Assembly (NCBI GenBank): GCA_963666275.2
Contig: CAXXOA010000002.1
Coordinates: 2,144,001-2,208,000, forward strand
Source of the DNA: Oceanispirochaeta sp.
GTDB lineage: Bacteria; Spirochaetota; Spirochaetia; DSM-2461
Reading direction: 5' to 3'
DNA: 64,000 nt
Below are positions 1 to 10,378 of the stretch, piece after piece (the stretch's first letter is position 1; every line of letters starts with the position of its first letter). The notes beneath the pieces were generated by a model that made no database searches, was not told where the DNA came from, and saw nothing but the letters and a program-made list of their open reading frames with translations. A program made the position numbers and the translations under genes.

Positions 1-275
1 ACCCTGCCGGCTCCGGAGAGGACTTCCTCCAGGGCAGATCCGCCTGAAAGTTCTCCCGTATCCTGGGAGAAATAGCCGATGACAACGCCCGGATCTATGG
101 TCACAGTGCCTTCATCGGGATGCTCTTCCCCTGTGATCAGTTTAAATACAGTGGATTTTCCCGCGCCGTTGGGGCCGACAAGGCCGATTCTGTCCTGAGG
201 ACGGATCAGAAATGAGGAATCTCTGAAAAGGATACGATCACCGTAGGCAACGCGGATGCCCGAAAGATTGACCAT
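1..275 (-). CDS. ABC-F family ATP-binding protein (N-terminal part; runs off the window start)
   Basis: Manual translation from ATG at 275: MVNLSGIRVAYGDRILFRDSSFLIRPQDRIGLVGPNGAGKSTVFKLITGEEHPDEGTV..IGYFSQD. Walker A and typical ABC-F N-terminus; AGGAG RBS. Not in the ORF track. Confidence 0.85.
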   Translation of the reverse strand, partial: MVNLSGIRVAYGDRILFRDSSFLIRPQDRIGLVGPNGAGKSTVFKLITGEEHPDEGTVTIDPGVVIGYFSQDTGELSGGSALEEVLSGAGR

Positions 276-406
276 GAAATACTCTCCTGATAAGCAAAAT
301 ATAGGGGGGGAAAACCCGGGGATTTTACTTTATTGTTTTTACAGTGTCAATTTACAAAAGACTCCGAGGCGTGATATTCAGGGGCTAATGGGCAAAAGAG
401 GGAGAG

Positions 407-1915
407 TTACTTATTCAATTCCCTGTCAATTTCACTGTATAGTTCGGGATAGAGTTCTTTGACGCAATCCGGACAGAGATTGTGGGAGAACTGTGCGGAG
501 CTTCTGTCGGATATATATTTTTCAACCTGTTCCCAGTACCCTTTGTCATCCCGGACCCTTTTACAGTTGGCGCAGATCGGAATAAATTCTCTCAGCTCCT
601 GAATCTCCGCCAGGGCTTTTTTCAGATCCAGAATCAAATCTTCCCGTTCCTTTTCCATTTTTTTCCGAATGCTGATATCTTCGACAAAACCAAAAAAGGA
701 GAGGCCGTCGCCATAGATATTCTCTAATTTTGAAACAGTAATATTCATCCAGAAAAAGTTACCATCTTTCCTTTTATAACGTTTTTCCAGAGAGTAGGAG
801 GGGATCTTTTCATCCTTCAGATCCTTCAGAAGTTTTCTTTCGACAGGGATGTCCTCGGGATGGGTCATCTCGTCTATAGTATGATTTAATAGTTCATCTC
901 TTCCATAGCCCAGCATGGTAAGGAGAGACTGATTGGCATCAATAATTTCTCCTTCACTGTTTATCACAACAAAACCCAGAGGAGCCAGGTTGATAAGGGC
1001 TCTGTATTTCTTTTCACTTTTCTGCACAAGGATTTCGGACATTTTCTTTTCTGTTATATCCTGAAAGGATCCCTGAATACTTGAAAATTCCCCGTTTTTC
1101 ATAAGAGGGGGATCGCAGATAGTTCTGATCCATTTATGAGAGCCTTCGGCATCGGTCATCTCCATTTCTATATCGTAGTTTGTTCCCTCTTTCACTGCCT
1201 CATAGAATGCGGATTCAAGAATTTTTCGATTTTTATCATCAAAAAACTGAAGGGCCTGTTCCGGATTGGCTTCTCCGCCGGGTTCCAGACCGAATATGCG
1301 ATAGACTTCATCTGTCCATTGGGACACCCCTTTTTCAATCCCGTATTTCCATGCGCCGATTTTTACAAGGCGCTCCATGTCTCTGAGGAGTCTGTCTTTA
1401 TCCTTCAGCTGTTCCTCATTTTCTAGGCGCTGGGTTATGTCTCTTGTAAAAGCCACCGAAAAGGATTTCCCCCTGTATTCCAGCAGATTGCTGTAAATTT
1501 CAACAGGAATCAGAGAGCCGTCCTTTCTCCTGTGCCATCTCATGGCGAAATCCTGGATATTCTCCTTCTCCAGATTTTTCCAGAAGGTGATTCCCTCTTC
1601 GGGAGTGGAGACTCTGTCAATATCCCCTAAGCTCATATTCTCCAGCTCTTCTTTTGTATATCCCAGCATCTCGGCAGCTTTCCTGTTCACTTCCTGGATG
1701 GAGCCGTCAGGTCTGATCAGAAAAATCCCTATATTGGCACTGTCAATAATGGTCCGGGATAGATACAGGGATTCTGCAATCTCCTTCCGTTCCGGATTTG
1801 TTCCTGAGTATTCTTTGCGGCCATGGGAATTATTCTGCTCCCCAGCGGCCAGACGGGCACGGAGGAGCTGGAGCTCCTCTATCAGCTGTGATCGGTTTTT
1901 CTCTTCATCTTTCAA
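407..1915 (-). CDS. Multi-PAS domain sensory protein with C-terminal Cys/His-rich domain
   Basis: About three PAS/PAC repeats (RRKDGSLIPVEI, GSHKWIR, KRKDGNFFWM); C-terminal IPICANCK..HNLCPDC; no kinase or GGDEF domain; TTG start. Confidence 0.85.
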   Translation of the reverse strand: MKDEEKNRSQLIEELQLLRARLAAGEQNNSHGRKEYSGTNPERKEIAESLYLSRTIIDSANIGIFLIRPDGSIQEVNRKAAEMLGYTKEELENMSLGDIDRVSTPEEGITFWKNLEKENIQDFAMRWHRRKDGSLIPVEIYSNLLEYRGKSFSVAFTRDITQRLENEEQLKDKDRLLRDMERLVKIGAWKYGIEKGVSQWTDEVYRIFGLEPGGEANPEQALQFFDDKNRKILESAFYEAVKEGTNYDIEMEMTDAEGSHKWIRTICDPPLMKNGEFSSIQGSFQDITEKKMSEILVQKSEKKYRALINLAPLGFVVINSEGEIIDANQSLLTMLGYGRDELLNHTIDEMTHPEDIPVERKLLKDLKDEKIPSYSLEKRYKRKDGNFFWMNITVSKLENIYGDGLSFFGFVEDISIRKKMEKEREDLILDLKKALAEIQELREFIPICANCKRVRDDKGYWEQVEKYISDRSSAQFSHNLCPDCVKELYPELYSEIDRELNK

Positions 1916-2135
1916 AATATCTCTCCCGGAAAGATGTTTCTATTTTTAAATCTGTCTAATTCAAAGTATAGGAACCCGCAGATGAAGTTAAAAATAGTTT
2001 TTGTGAAGTTTTTCTGCAGATCATCAGGAATCCTGATATCTCTCAGCCTAATGGTTCCGGGAACCTCCCCGGTGGCATTTTTCTTCCTCCGGTAGAGATG
2101 TTTCTCCTCTCCCCGGAATCTCTGCCAGGTATCTG

Positions 2136-2350
2136 TGTATAGATGCACACTACGGATTTGTAGGAAAACCCTGTTTAATCCTCACTGAATTCAGGGAACC
2201 CGGTAGGATTTCTCAGAAGGGAAGAAATATCGGGGTTTGGTCATACAGAAATGTCATATCTACTGAAATGTAAAAAATGAAAGGAACCGGCCTCTTTCTC
2301 CGTATGTGTAAATGCATATTGCTGGAGAGCGGGAAGATACCTAAAGTTAG
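2136..2350 (+). promoter_or_regulatory. Multi-box promoter/operator region, putative PucR-family activator sites
   Basis: Boxes TGTATAGATGCACACTAC-N6-GTAGGAAAAC (2136-2169), CATACAGAAATGTCATATCTAC (2242-2263) and ATGTGTAAATGCATATTGCTG (2304-2324), plus -10-like TAAAGT (2342-2347). All recur with the same spacing upstream of the peptide SBP gene. Confidence 0.7.
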
Positions 2351-2378
2351 GGCAGAACTTGAAAGGGGATAGCTGGTT

Positions 2379-3041
2379 ATGAAGAGTCCGCGTATTGGAA
2401 TTTTACGGGTTTTAACAACGGAAGATCAGGCTGTGATGATGGCCCATCAGAATAAGCTGCAGGATCTGTTTCCCCACTGGACTTTTACAACCAGATGCAT
2501 CCCCGATCAGTACGAGGGCATACATGACGATGAAACCCATGAAGCCGCCCTGCCCAAGATTCGGCAGATGGCCTGTGAATGGGAAGGGGACCTGGATGGT
2601 CTCATTATCAGCTGCGCCGGCGATCCCGGTGTGACAGAACTCAGAGAGGTCCTCTCCATTCCCGTCATCGGCGGGGGGATCGCAGCCTCCTCTCTCAGCC
2701 TGACCATGGGAAAAAAAGTCGGTGTCATCGGGATCGAAAAAACTGTTCCCCCCAACTATCCCCGGATCCTGGGGGAACATTTCGGTGGTTATATCCTCCC
2801 TGCGGGAATCGTCAATACCAACGATCTCGGGACCGGGGCGGGAAAAGCCGCCGTGGTACAGGCTGCAGAGGATTTGAAGGACAGAGGCTGTGATGTCATC
2901 GCCTTTGCCTGTACGGGGCTGACAACGGCAAAGGCCGCGTCTCTTCTCTATCCGGTCGGTCTTCCTGTGGTGGATGCTGTGATAGCCGAGGGGATAGCCA
3001 TGGATGTAATGCTGAAATCTTCAGGATGGTTTGAGGTTTAA
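2379..3041 (+). CDS. Asp/Glu/hydantoin racemase family protein
   Basis: Two catalytic Cys motifs SCAGDPG and FACTGL; LREVLSIPVIG and LPVVDAV motifs. Confidence 0.85.
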   Translation: MKSPRIGILRVLTTEDQAVMMAHQNKLQDLFPHWTFTTRCIPDQYEGIHDDETHEAALPKIRQMACEWEGDLDGLIISCAGDPGVTELREVLSIPVIGGGIAASSLSLTMGKKVGVIGIEKTVPPNYPRILGEHFGGYILPAGIVNTNDLGTGAGKAAVVQAAEDLKDRGCDVIAFACTGLTTAKAASLLYPVGLPVVDAVIAEGIAMDVMLKSSGWFEV

Positions 3042-3042
3042 A

Positions 3043-4125
3043 ATGATGGAACTGACAAAAGAACTGGCAACGGCAGCCCTTTACGGAGGTCTCTTCCTCG
3101 GAGGCGGCGGCGGAGGTCATCTCAAGGGGGGGCTGGAAACTCTGGAAGCGGCTCTCTCTCTGGGAACAATCCATATGCTGGATCTCGATGAATTTGATTC
3201 AGACGGTCTGGTTATTACCGCTTCTGCAGTGGGATCCCCTGCTTCAAAAGAGGGCTATCTTTCCACCGATCAGGTCCTGGCGGCCTTTGAACTGATTCAG
3301 AGCCGGCTGGATGCTCCCGTTAAGGGGATTATAACCAATGAGAACGGGGGGCACTCCACTTCAAACGGCTGGATCCTTTCCGCCTCAACAGGCCTGCCCT
3401 TTATCGATGCGCCCTGCAACGGAAGAGCCCATCCGACAGGAGTCATGGGCAGCATGGGGATGGATCTTCTCCCCGACTACAGATCCCTGCAGGCTGCTGC
3501 GGGCGGAAGGGGAAGGAAAGCCCTGGAGGTCACTGCTTCAGGTGATATGAACAGCTGTGCGGGGATCATCCGCCAGGCCGCGGTCAGTGCGGGTGGGCTT
3601 GTGAGTGTTTACAGGAATCCTGTCAAAGCCTCGTACCTGTCGGACCATGCCGCTCCCGGAGGGATAGCTCAGGCTGTCCGGGTGGGAGAGCTCTTTATGA
3701 AGTCCCGGGACAAAGAGGAACTGTACAGATCCCTCACAGAGCTTCTGGATATGGAAGTACTTGTCTCCGGCAAGGTCAGTGAGTTCTCTCTTACCATTGA
3801 AGGGGGATTTGACCACGGCTATCTCTGCATCTCAGATGGGAAGGATACCTGGAAAACAACCTTCTGGAACGAGTTCATGTCTGTAGATGTCAACGGAAAA
3901 CGGATCTCAACCTTCCCCGATCTGATTGCCTGTCTGGACAGTGGGAGCGGCCGGGTCGTTACAAGTGCGGAAATGAGCCGGGACAGAAATATTGATGTTG
4001 TCCGTGTTCCCATGGAGAAACTGATCCTTGGTGCGGGAATGCGCAACCGGGGGCAGTTCGAGCTGGTTGAAACGGTACTGGGAATCTCCATGATTCCCTA
4101 TCTGGATAAAGGATTTTTACAATGA
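3043..4125 (+). CDS. DUF917 family protein
   Basis: GGLFLGGGGGG, ENGGHSTSNG, DAPCNGRAHP, NEF and TFPDLI motifs; ATG just after the upstream stop. Confidence 0.85.
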   Translation: MMELTKELATAALYGGLFLGGGGGGHLKGGLETLEAALSLGTIHMLDLDEFDSDGLVITASAVGSPASKEGYLSTDQVLAAFELIQSRLDAPVKGIITNENGGHSTSNGWILSASTGLPFIDAPCNGRAHPTGVMGSMGMDLLPDYRSLQAAAGGRGRKALEVTASGDMNSCAGIIRQAAVSAGGLVSVYRNPVKASYLSDHAAPGGIAQAVRVGELFMKSRDKEELYRSLTELLDMEVLVSGKVSEFSLTIEGGFDHGYLCISDGKDTWKTTFWNEFMSVDVNGKRISTFPDLIACLDSGSGRVVTSAEMSRDRNIDVVRVPMEKLILGAGMRNRGQFELVETVLGISMIPYLDKGFLQ

Positions 4126-4796
4126 AATTAGGTGTAATAACAGTAGGACAGTCCCCCAGAACGGACTTTACAGATGATGTGGCCGAGGCTTTCTCTCCTG
4201 ATGTGGAACTTCTGCAGAGAGGCGCTCTGGATTCTTTCACAAGGGACACTCTCCCTTCTATCGCCCCCGAGGAGGGGGATGCGGTTCTGGTTTCCAGAAT
4301 GCGGGACGGATCTCAGGCCACATTTGCCGAGAAGCATGTCCTGCCGCTGCTGCAGGAGGCTATTGATGATCTGGAAGAGAAAGGCTGCCAGGTTATCCTG
4401 CTCCTTTGCACCGGTAAATTTCCTCCTTTCAGGCATGATTCCATCCTTATAAAGCCCCAGGAGATCCTTCCCGGAGTGGTCGAGAAAATAGCCGCAGGAA
4501 AGAGACTGGGGATACTCATTCCCGAAAAAGAACAGATTCCCCAGATGCGCCAGTGGTGGAGCATCGAAGACGAACGGCTCTGCACGGCAAGCGGTTCTCC
4601 CTACGGGGAACTGAAGCATGTGGAGGCAGCCGCAGAGGAGCTGCGCCGCCAGGGGGCGGATCTGATCTATCTGGACTGCATGGGATATTCAAGGCATATG
4701 AAAGAAAGGGTTTCCGCCATTGCGGGAGTTCCCGTCATCCTGCCCAGAATGCTGATCGTCCGTATTATCAATGAGCTGCTGGAAGGGCAGGGCTGA
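4122..4796 (+). CDS. aroM: AroM family protein
   Basis: ITVGQSPRTD, LVSRMRDG, LLCTGKFP and LDCMGY motifs; ATGA overlap with the DUF917 gene. Confidence 0.85.
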   Translation: MKLGVITVGQSPRTDFTDDVAEAFSPDVELLQRGALDSFTRDTLPSIAPEEGDAVLVSRMRDGSQATFAEKHVLPLLQEAIDDLEEKGCQVILLLCTGKFPPFRHDSILIKPQEILPGVVEKIAAGKRLGILIPEKEQIPQMRQWWSIEDERLCTASGSPYGELKHVEAAAEELRRQGADLIYLDCMGYSRHMKERVSAIAGVPVILPRMLIVRIINELLEGQG

Positions 4797-4869
4797 TTCT
4801 GATTTTTTCACATAGACCTGTTGAGAGACCCTGTTGCGGCGGGGAAGTGGGAAGGAAGGAAATGAGATT

Positions 4870-5970
4870 ATGAAAGATATACTGAGCCGTTTTATGGAAT
4901 ATGTGCAGATTGACAGTGAATCGGGCAATGAAAAAGCCATGATGGAGGTTCTCAAAGAGGAACTGACCGCCCTGGGCGCTGAGATCTATCTGGATGATGC
5001 GGGCGCAAAAGTCGGATCCAATGGGGCGAATCTCTATGCTTTTTTCAGGGGGGATCCCTCCCGGGAGCCGCTCCTTTTTTCCTGCCATATGGACACGGTC
5101 GCCCCGGGAGTGGGCATCAGGCCTGTTGTGATAGACGGTATCATCCAAAGCGAAGGGGATACCATTCTGGGAGGAGACGACAAGTCGGGAATCAGCGCTC
5201 TTATGGACGCCCTGACAAGAGTCCGGGCCCGGGAGGAAGGGCATGCCCCCGTTGAGATCATTTTCACCATCTGCGAAGAGGGAGGGCTGAAAGGTTCGGC
5301 CAATCTGGATTACTCCCGCCTTTCTGCAAAGGAAGGGTATGTCCTGGACAGCAGCGGCCCTGTGGGGAAGATCATAGTCCAGGCCCCCACCCAGTTCAAA
5401 ATTACCGCTGACATCAGGGGCAAAGCCGCGCATGCGGGGCTGTCCCCCGAAAAAGGCGTCAGTGCCATCCAGGTCGGCGCTGCTGCTCTGGCAGGGATAA
5501 ATCTTCTCAGGATCGACGAGGAGACCACAGCGAATATCGGGACTTTCCAGTCTGCCGGGCCGACCAATATCGTCAGGGATTCTGCTCAGGTGATTGCTGA
5601 GGTGCGGAGTCTCTCCATAGAAAAAGCCGAAGCCCAGATTGCCCATATGAAGGACTGTTTCACAGAAGAAGCCGAAAAGGCCGGGGCGGAAGTCAGTATT
5701 GAAGTGTCCTGCCTGTATGAGTCCTACAATTTCTCTTCTCGGGACCAGGTGGTCGCCTTTGCGCAGGAGTGTTTTGAGGCGGCGGGAATAGAGTCTTTCA
5801 CCGCTTCCACAGGCGGGGGAAGCGATGCCAACAACTACAATGCCAGGGGCATTCATGTCCTGAATCTGGGATGCGGGGTTACAGGCCCTCATTCCTTTGA
5901 GGAGAGTCTTCCCGCTGAAGAACTGGAACGGCTCTCCCGGCTGGTCTACACCATGATTGTATCAAGATAG
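4870..5970 (+). CDS. M20 family metallopeptidase (peptidase T-like)
   Basis: HMDTV, GGDDKSG, CEEGG, GGGSDAN and C-terminal His metal-ligand motifs; start set at ATG 4870 (MKDILSRF). Confidence 0.9.
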   Translation: MKDILSRFMEYVQIDSESGNEKAMMEVLKEELTALGAEIYLDDAGAKVGSNGANLYAFFRGDPSREPLLFSCHMDTVAPGVGIRPVVIDGIIQSEGDTILGGDDKSGISALMDALTRVRAREEGHAPVEIIFTICEEGGLKGSANLDYSRLSAKEGYVLDSSGPVGKIIVQAPTQFKITADIRGKAAHAGLSPEKGVSAIQVGAAALAGINLLRIDEETTANIGTFQSAGPTNIVRDSAQVIAEVRSLSIEKAEAQIAHMKDCFTEEAEKAGAEVSIEVSCLYESYNFSSRDQVVAFAQECFEAAGIESFTASTGGGSDANNYNARGIHVLNLGCGVTGPHSFEESLPAEELERLSRLVYTMIVSR

Positions 5971-6037
5971 CGATGGAAAACCCTGTACCTGCGTACAGAT
6001 GAAAATATTAGATTTTAATGATAGTAAGGATAAAAAT

Positions 6038-6985
6038 ATGCTTATCAGACAAGTAATGGAACTTTTCGATCTTTTAGACAAACCCTCTGCCAATGGTCTT
6101 GAAGTGGCCCGGATGTTTCAGGCCAGGGGAATTCAGGATGTGGTTGTGACCACTCTGGAGGGAGACAAGGGATCCACCGACTGTATCCGGGTGGTGATTC
6201 CCGGGAAAAACGGCAAATCTGCGGGAGGCTCTGTTCCCACTCTGGGAATCATCGGCCGCCTGGGAGGTCTGGGTGCCAGACCGGAAATGACTGGATTCGT
6301 CTCAGACGGGGACGGAGCCCTGGCGGCCCTTGCGGCGGCACTCAAACTGGGTGAAATGCATGTAAACGGAGACGTCCTGGAAGGGGACGTGATCATCACG
6401 ACTCATATCTGCCCCGATGCTCCTACCAGAGAGCACTACCCCGTGCCTTTCATGGACTCTCCCATCAGTATGGAACAGATGAACACCACAGAAATTGTCC
6501 CGGAAATGGACTGCATTGTATCGATTGATACAACCAAGGGAAATGAAGTGATCAATGTCAACGGAATCGCTATTTCTCCCACTGTGAAAGAGGGGTATAT
6601 CCTTCCTGTCAGTTACGACATGCTTCAGATTATGAAAAGGGTTACAGGAACAAAACCGGCTGTATTTGCCCTGTCCACCCAGGACATTACACCCTATGAG
6701 AATAATCTGTCCCATATCAACAGCATTCTCCAGCCGGCCATAGCCACGGATGCTCCGGTCGTGGGAGTTGCCGTTACCACCGAGGCTCCCGTTGCGGGCT
6801 GTGCCACTGGAGCTTCCAGCTTTATCAGTATCGAACAGGCCTCCCGTTTTGCTGTGGAGGTTGCCAAAGACCTCAGCAAGGATATCTGTTCTTTCTATGA
6901 CAAGGAGAACTTTAAAAAACTCTCGGCCCTCTACGGCCATATGACTCACCTTCAGACCCCCGGAAAGGATCTGGCAGGGGTATAA
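6038..6985 (+). CDS. DUF1177 family protein
   Basis: GIIGRLGGLGARP, VSDGDGA, THICPDAPT..H.PVPFM, SIDTTKGN and HINSILQP motifs; start at MLIRQV after AAGGA RBS. Confidence 0.85.
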   Translation: MLIRQVMELFDLLDKPSANGLEVARMFQARGIQDVVVTTLEGDKGSTDCIRVVIPGKNGKSAGGSVPTLGIIGRLGGLGARPEMTGFVSDGDGALAALAAALKLGEMHVNGDVLEGDVIITTHICPDAPTREHYPVPFMDSPISMEQMNTTEIVPEMDCIVSIDTTKGNEVINVNGIAISPTVKEGYILPVSYDMLQIMKRVTGTKPAVFALSTQDITPYENNLSHINSILQPAIATDAPVVGVAVTTEAPVAGCATGASSFISIEQASRFAVEVAKDLSKDICSFYDKENFKKLSALYGHMTHLQTPGKDLAGV

Positions 6986-6992
6986 TCAAAGG

Positions 6993-7021
6993 GGCTACCG
7001 GAACAATCCGGGAGCCTTTTT
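6993..7021. terminator. Intrinsic terminator between convergent genes
   Basis: GGCTACCGGA-ACAA-TCCGGGAGCC hairpin followed by TTTTT. Confidence 0.7.
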
Positions 7022-8526
7022 CAGTTCCGGTTCACCGACATGATCTGATCCAGTTTCAGAGCCATCAGCATCAGCAGGCGCCCCTCCTGGGACTTCACGT
7101 CGATTCCCGTAATGTTTTTGATCTTTTCAAGGCGCTGGTACATTGTATTTCTGTGGAGTCCCAGAGACTTTGAGGCTTCGGAGATATGAAAATCCCCCTG
7201 GGAGAGAATTCTGAGGGTTTCCAGAAGATTCTCCCTATAGGTTTCATCATTTTTCCGGAGCGTCTCAATGGAGTTCTTGTAGAGCCTTTTGAGTATGGGA
7301 TTCTCCCTCTGGCTCGACAGGAAGTGGTAGAGCAGCAGATCGTTGTATGTGAGGAACTTTTTCAGATGAGGCGAGAGGGACTGCCCCATTCTGAGGGTGA
7401 ACATGGCATCCTGATAGGCCTGCCTCATATCGAAGAGATCCTGATAGGCCCTGCTGTTGCCGACCTGACAGCGCAGATCGGGGTAGAGGTTCTCTATGCG
7501 CTTCATAAGCTGATTGACCCTCCCCGCGGCGGATTCATCACTCTCTTCATCTTTTTCGTGGATCGAAATGATCTGATCCTGATCGCTTAAGAATATATTT
7601 TTGGGAAAGTCGGTTTCGCACATCCTCACAATCCGATCCATGTTGTGTTTTTTCTGATCAAAATTGTACAAATGCATAATCCAGATATACCGGAGCCCCA
7701 CAAAATTGAGATTGTAGAGCTGGCTTTCCTTTATGACAGCTTCCTTGCTTGTATTGAGCCCGAAGATAAGGCTGAAAAGGAACTCGTTTTTTCTTTTTTT
7801 ATACTGGGCCGGAAAGTTCATCTCTCCCACACGGGCCATGAGAATGTAGGGACGGAGCAGTTTTCTCTGGATCTGATCGGGAGCCATGATGGAGGATCGT
7901 CCCTGGAGAAAGAAGAAGGCCGAAATGCTCCCGTAGGCCATCAGAGTATTGCCGTGCCACTTCTCATTTTCATGGGTAAAAAGGACTTCCTCCTGGCCGA
8001 TGGAGGAGTAGGATCGCTCATTTTCCAGGTGGTTGGCCCAGTCCTGAAAAGGGATCGACGCCGGGTTCTCTGTCCGGTTGTCCAGAACCAGTCTTTTATC
8101 AGGCCCCAGAATAACAATGGGGGCTCCTGTCACATAGCTGATAAGGCTGCACATATTGGTGAGCGAAAAGTGCAGACTCCCCGCCAGGCTGTTGAGGGTT
8201 TCCTTCAGCTCCTCAAAGAGAGAGTAGGGATCGTACTGATCGATCAGCTTATCCAGTGAGTCCACGGCTCCTGAGGGAAAAGCGGCCTTCTGCAGAGACT
8301 CCTGCCAGGGAAGGGGCACCGGGCCGGTGGGATTTATGATAAACAGACCCTGAACGTTTTTCACTTCCGCCAGTTCAATGAGGGAGCCGATCTCTTCTTC
8401 CTTCAGGAAATTGGTAAAAATACAGAGAACCTTGGACGATTCGATTCTGTATGTGTCAGCTACTGTGAAGACCAGGAGCATATCTTTTTTGGATACTGTG
8501 GGCAAGTTTTCTGATAACCAGGGCAT
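7021..8526 (-). CDS. PucR/CdaR family transcriptional regulator
   Basis: C-terminal HTH (ISEASKSLGLHRNTMYQRLEKIKNITG) preceded by a GGDEF-like central domain; 501 aa. Confidence 0.88.
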   Translation of the reverse strand: MPWLSENLPTVSKKDMLLVFTVADTYRIESSKVLCIFTNFLKEEEIGSLIELAEVKNVQGLFIINPTGPVPLPWQESLQKAAFPSGAVDSLDKLIDQYDPYSLFEELKETLNSLAGSLHFSLTNMCSLISYVTGAPIVILGPDKRLVLDNRTENPASIPFQDWANHLENERSYSSIGQEEVLFTHENEKWHGNTLMAYGSISAFFFLQGRSSIMAPDQIQRKLLRPYILMARVGEMNFPAQYKKRKNEFLFSLIFGLNTSKEAVIKESQLYNLNFVGLRYIWIMHLYNFDQKKHNMDRIVRMCETDFPKNIFLSDQDQIISIHEKDEESDESAAGRVNQLMKRIENLYPDLRCQVGNSRAYQDLFDMRQAYQDAMFTLRMGQSLSPHLKKFLTYNDLLLYHFLSSQRENPILKRLYKNSIETLRKNDETYRENLLETLRILSQGDFHISEASKSLGLHRNTMYQRLEKIKNITGIDVKSQEGRLLMLMALKLDQIMSVNRN

Positions 8527-8610
8527 GAGCCATTATAGCATGAAAGAAAAACATCATAGAAGTCCGGAGGCTTTCGCCAGACCGGGAGGAGAAGAGATCA
8601 CTTTGAAGGG

Positions 8611-8664
8611 AAAAGAACAGCCTCTCTGATGCCGTCGGGGGCCCGCGGTATTCAGAGAGGCTGT
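8611..8664 (-). terminator. Intrinsic terminator after the peptide ABC operon
   Basis: 13-bp perfect stem ACAGCCTCTCTGA/TCAGAGAGGCTGT followed on the minus strand by TCTTTT. Confidence 0.7.
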
Positions 8665-8674
8665 AATAAAAACC

Positions 8675-9514
8675 TTATTCCTTATCCAACTGGATTCGGT
8701 CCAGAAAAGCCTGTTCTTCCGGGTTAACAACCGCGATGGCTTTTAATAGGCGTTTTGTATACTCCTTCCGGGGAGAATCAAAGATTTTATCCACTGTTCC
8801 CTGTTCCACAAGGTTACCCTGCTGAAGAATAATCACATCGTCCGCAAAGTTTTTCACCAGGGCCAGGTCATGGGTTATGAAAAAGTAGGTTATCTGATAC
8901 TGATCCTTGATAGACTGGAGCAGGTCGATAACTTTACTCTGTACAGACACATCCAGGGCTGATGTGGGTTCATCCAGAACAATAACAGGAGATTTCAGAG
9001 CGATGGCCCTGGCAATCCCTATCCTCTGCTTCTGTCCGCCGCTGAGCATATGGGGATAGCGCTCAAGGAAGGACTGGGGAAGATGAACTACATCCATCAG
9101 TTCCCTGACCTGTTTCAGACGGGCCGCTTTATCTCCTGTCTGGTGGACGATCATGGGTTCCTCTATAATCTCTTTGAGAGTTTTCCGTGGATTCAGAGAG
9201 GAAGTGGGGTCCTGATGGACTATCTGAACTTTCTGCCGGAACTTTTTCAGATCCTGTTTGCTCTGAATCGCGGAAATGTCCATGCCGTCCAACGTTATCA
9301 CACCCTTTGTGGGGACTTCAAATTTCATCAGCATTTTGGCCATGGTTGTTTTTCCGGAACCTGATTCGCCGATGACCGCAAAGGTTTTGCCTCTCTCAAT
9401 TTTGAAAGACACATCATCTACGGCTTTGACAAGATTTTTCCCCTGACCCAGAAGGGACTTCTCTCCTCCGAAATATTTACAGACATTTTTAAATTCAACT
9501 ATTGTATCGGACAT
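8675..9514 (-). CDS. Peptide ABC transporter ATP-binding protein (OppF/DppF-like)
   Basis: GESGSGKTT, LSGGQKQR and LDEPTSALDVSVQ motifs. Confidence 0.92.
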   Translation of the reverse strand: MSDTIVEFKNVCKYFGGEKSLLGQGKNLVKAVDDVSFKIERGKTFAVIGESGSGKTTMAKMLMKFEVPTKGVITLDGMDISAIQSKQDLKKFRQKVQIVHQDPTSSLNPRKTLKEIIEEPMIVHQTGDKAARLKQVRELMDVVHLPQSFLERYPHMLSGGQKQRIGIARAIALKSPVIVLDEPTSALDVSVQSKVIDLLQSIKDQYQITYFFITHDLALVKNFADDVIILQQGNLVEQGTVDKIFDSPRKEYTKRLLKAIAVVNPEEQAFLDRIQLDKE

Positions 9515-9529
9515 TCGGTAACTCCTGGA

Positions 9530-10366
9530 CTATATGATCTTGGGCAGCACATCAAGCAGGTGCCTGGTGTAGTCGGTCTGCGGGTTGAGGAATACATCCT
9601 GACTGAGGCCTTCTTCCACAACTTCTCCCAGTTTCATAACGTAGGTCCGTGTTCCCAGCTGCTTGGCAACGCCCAGGTTATGGGTTATGAAAAACATGGC
9701 GATGTTCTCTTCTTCCACAAGGCGTTTCAGTTCCATATTGATACTGGCCTGTACTGTGACATCCAGAGAGGTTCCCGGTTCGTCCGCCAGCAGCAGCCTG
9801 GGAGTTTTGATCAGAGCCATGGCAATGATCACCCTCTGTTTCATACCGCCGGAAAGTTCAAAAGGATACATTTTGAGTATGTTTTCGGGATGGGGAAGAC
9901 TCATTTTTTCAAGGAGATGGATCGACCGGTCCCTGGCCTCTTTCTTCAGGATTTTCGCTGATCTTCTGTAGCCTCGGAAGGTGGAATTTTTCCCCTGATA
10001 CAGATAGATGTTCTCCATCTGTTTTCCGATGGTGAAAACAGGATTGAGGGCAATCATGGGATCCTGGAATACCATGGAAATTTCACTTCCCCTGATACGC
10101 TGGATCTCATTCTCATTCATGGCGAGGATATTCTCCCCTCTGAACAGAATCTCTCCCTCCGTATAGACAGCGGGAGGTGTGGGGATCAGCCGGAGGATCG
10201 ACCGGATTGAAACGGACTTTCCGCTGCCTGATTCTCCCACTATGGTGACAATTTCACCTTCATTGATATGAATGTTCACATCCTTGATGGTGGGAGTTAT
10301 CTTCTTCTCGTCATTCAGGAATCCGATACTCATATGATTTATTTCAAGTAAATGTTTTTTTTCCAT
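9530..10366 (-). CDS. Peptide ABC transporter ATP-binding protein (OppD/DppD-like)
   Basis: GESGSGKS, FQDP, YPFELSGGMKQR and ADEP motifs. Confidence 0.92.
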   Translation of the reverse strand: MEKKHLLEINHMSIGFLNDEKKITPTIKDVNIHINEGEIVTIVGESGSGKSVSIRSILRLIPTPPAVYTEGEILFRGENILAMNENEIQRIRGSEISMVFQDPMIALNPVFTIGKQMENIYLYQGKNSTFRGYRRSAKILKKEARDRSIHLLEKMSLPHPENILKMYPFELSGGMKQRVIIAMALIKTPRLLLADEPGTSLDVTVQASINMELKRLVEEENIAMFFITHNLGVAKQLGTRTYVMKLGEVVEEGLSQDVFLNPQTDYTRHLLDVLPKII

Positions 10367-10378
10367 ACTGATCTCCTG

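Noticed and set aside
4768..5892. 374-aa minus-strand ORF, and similar long antisense ORFs (12906-13811, 22087-23124, 35510-36268, 41923-42801, 51024-51932)
   Set aside because: They are shadows of well-supported genes on the opposite strand and show no recognisable motifs.
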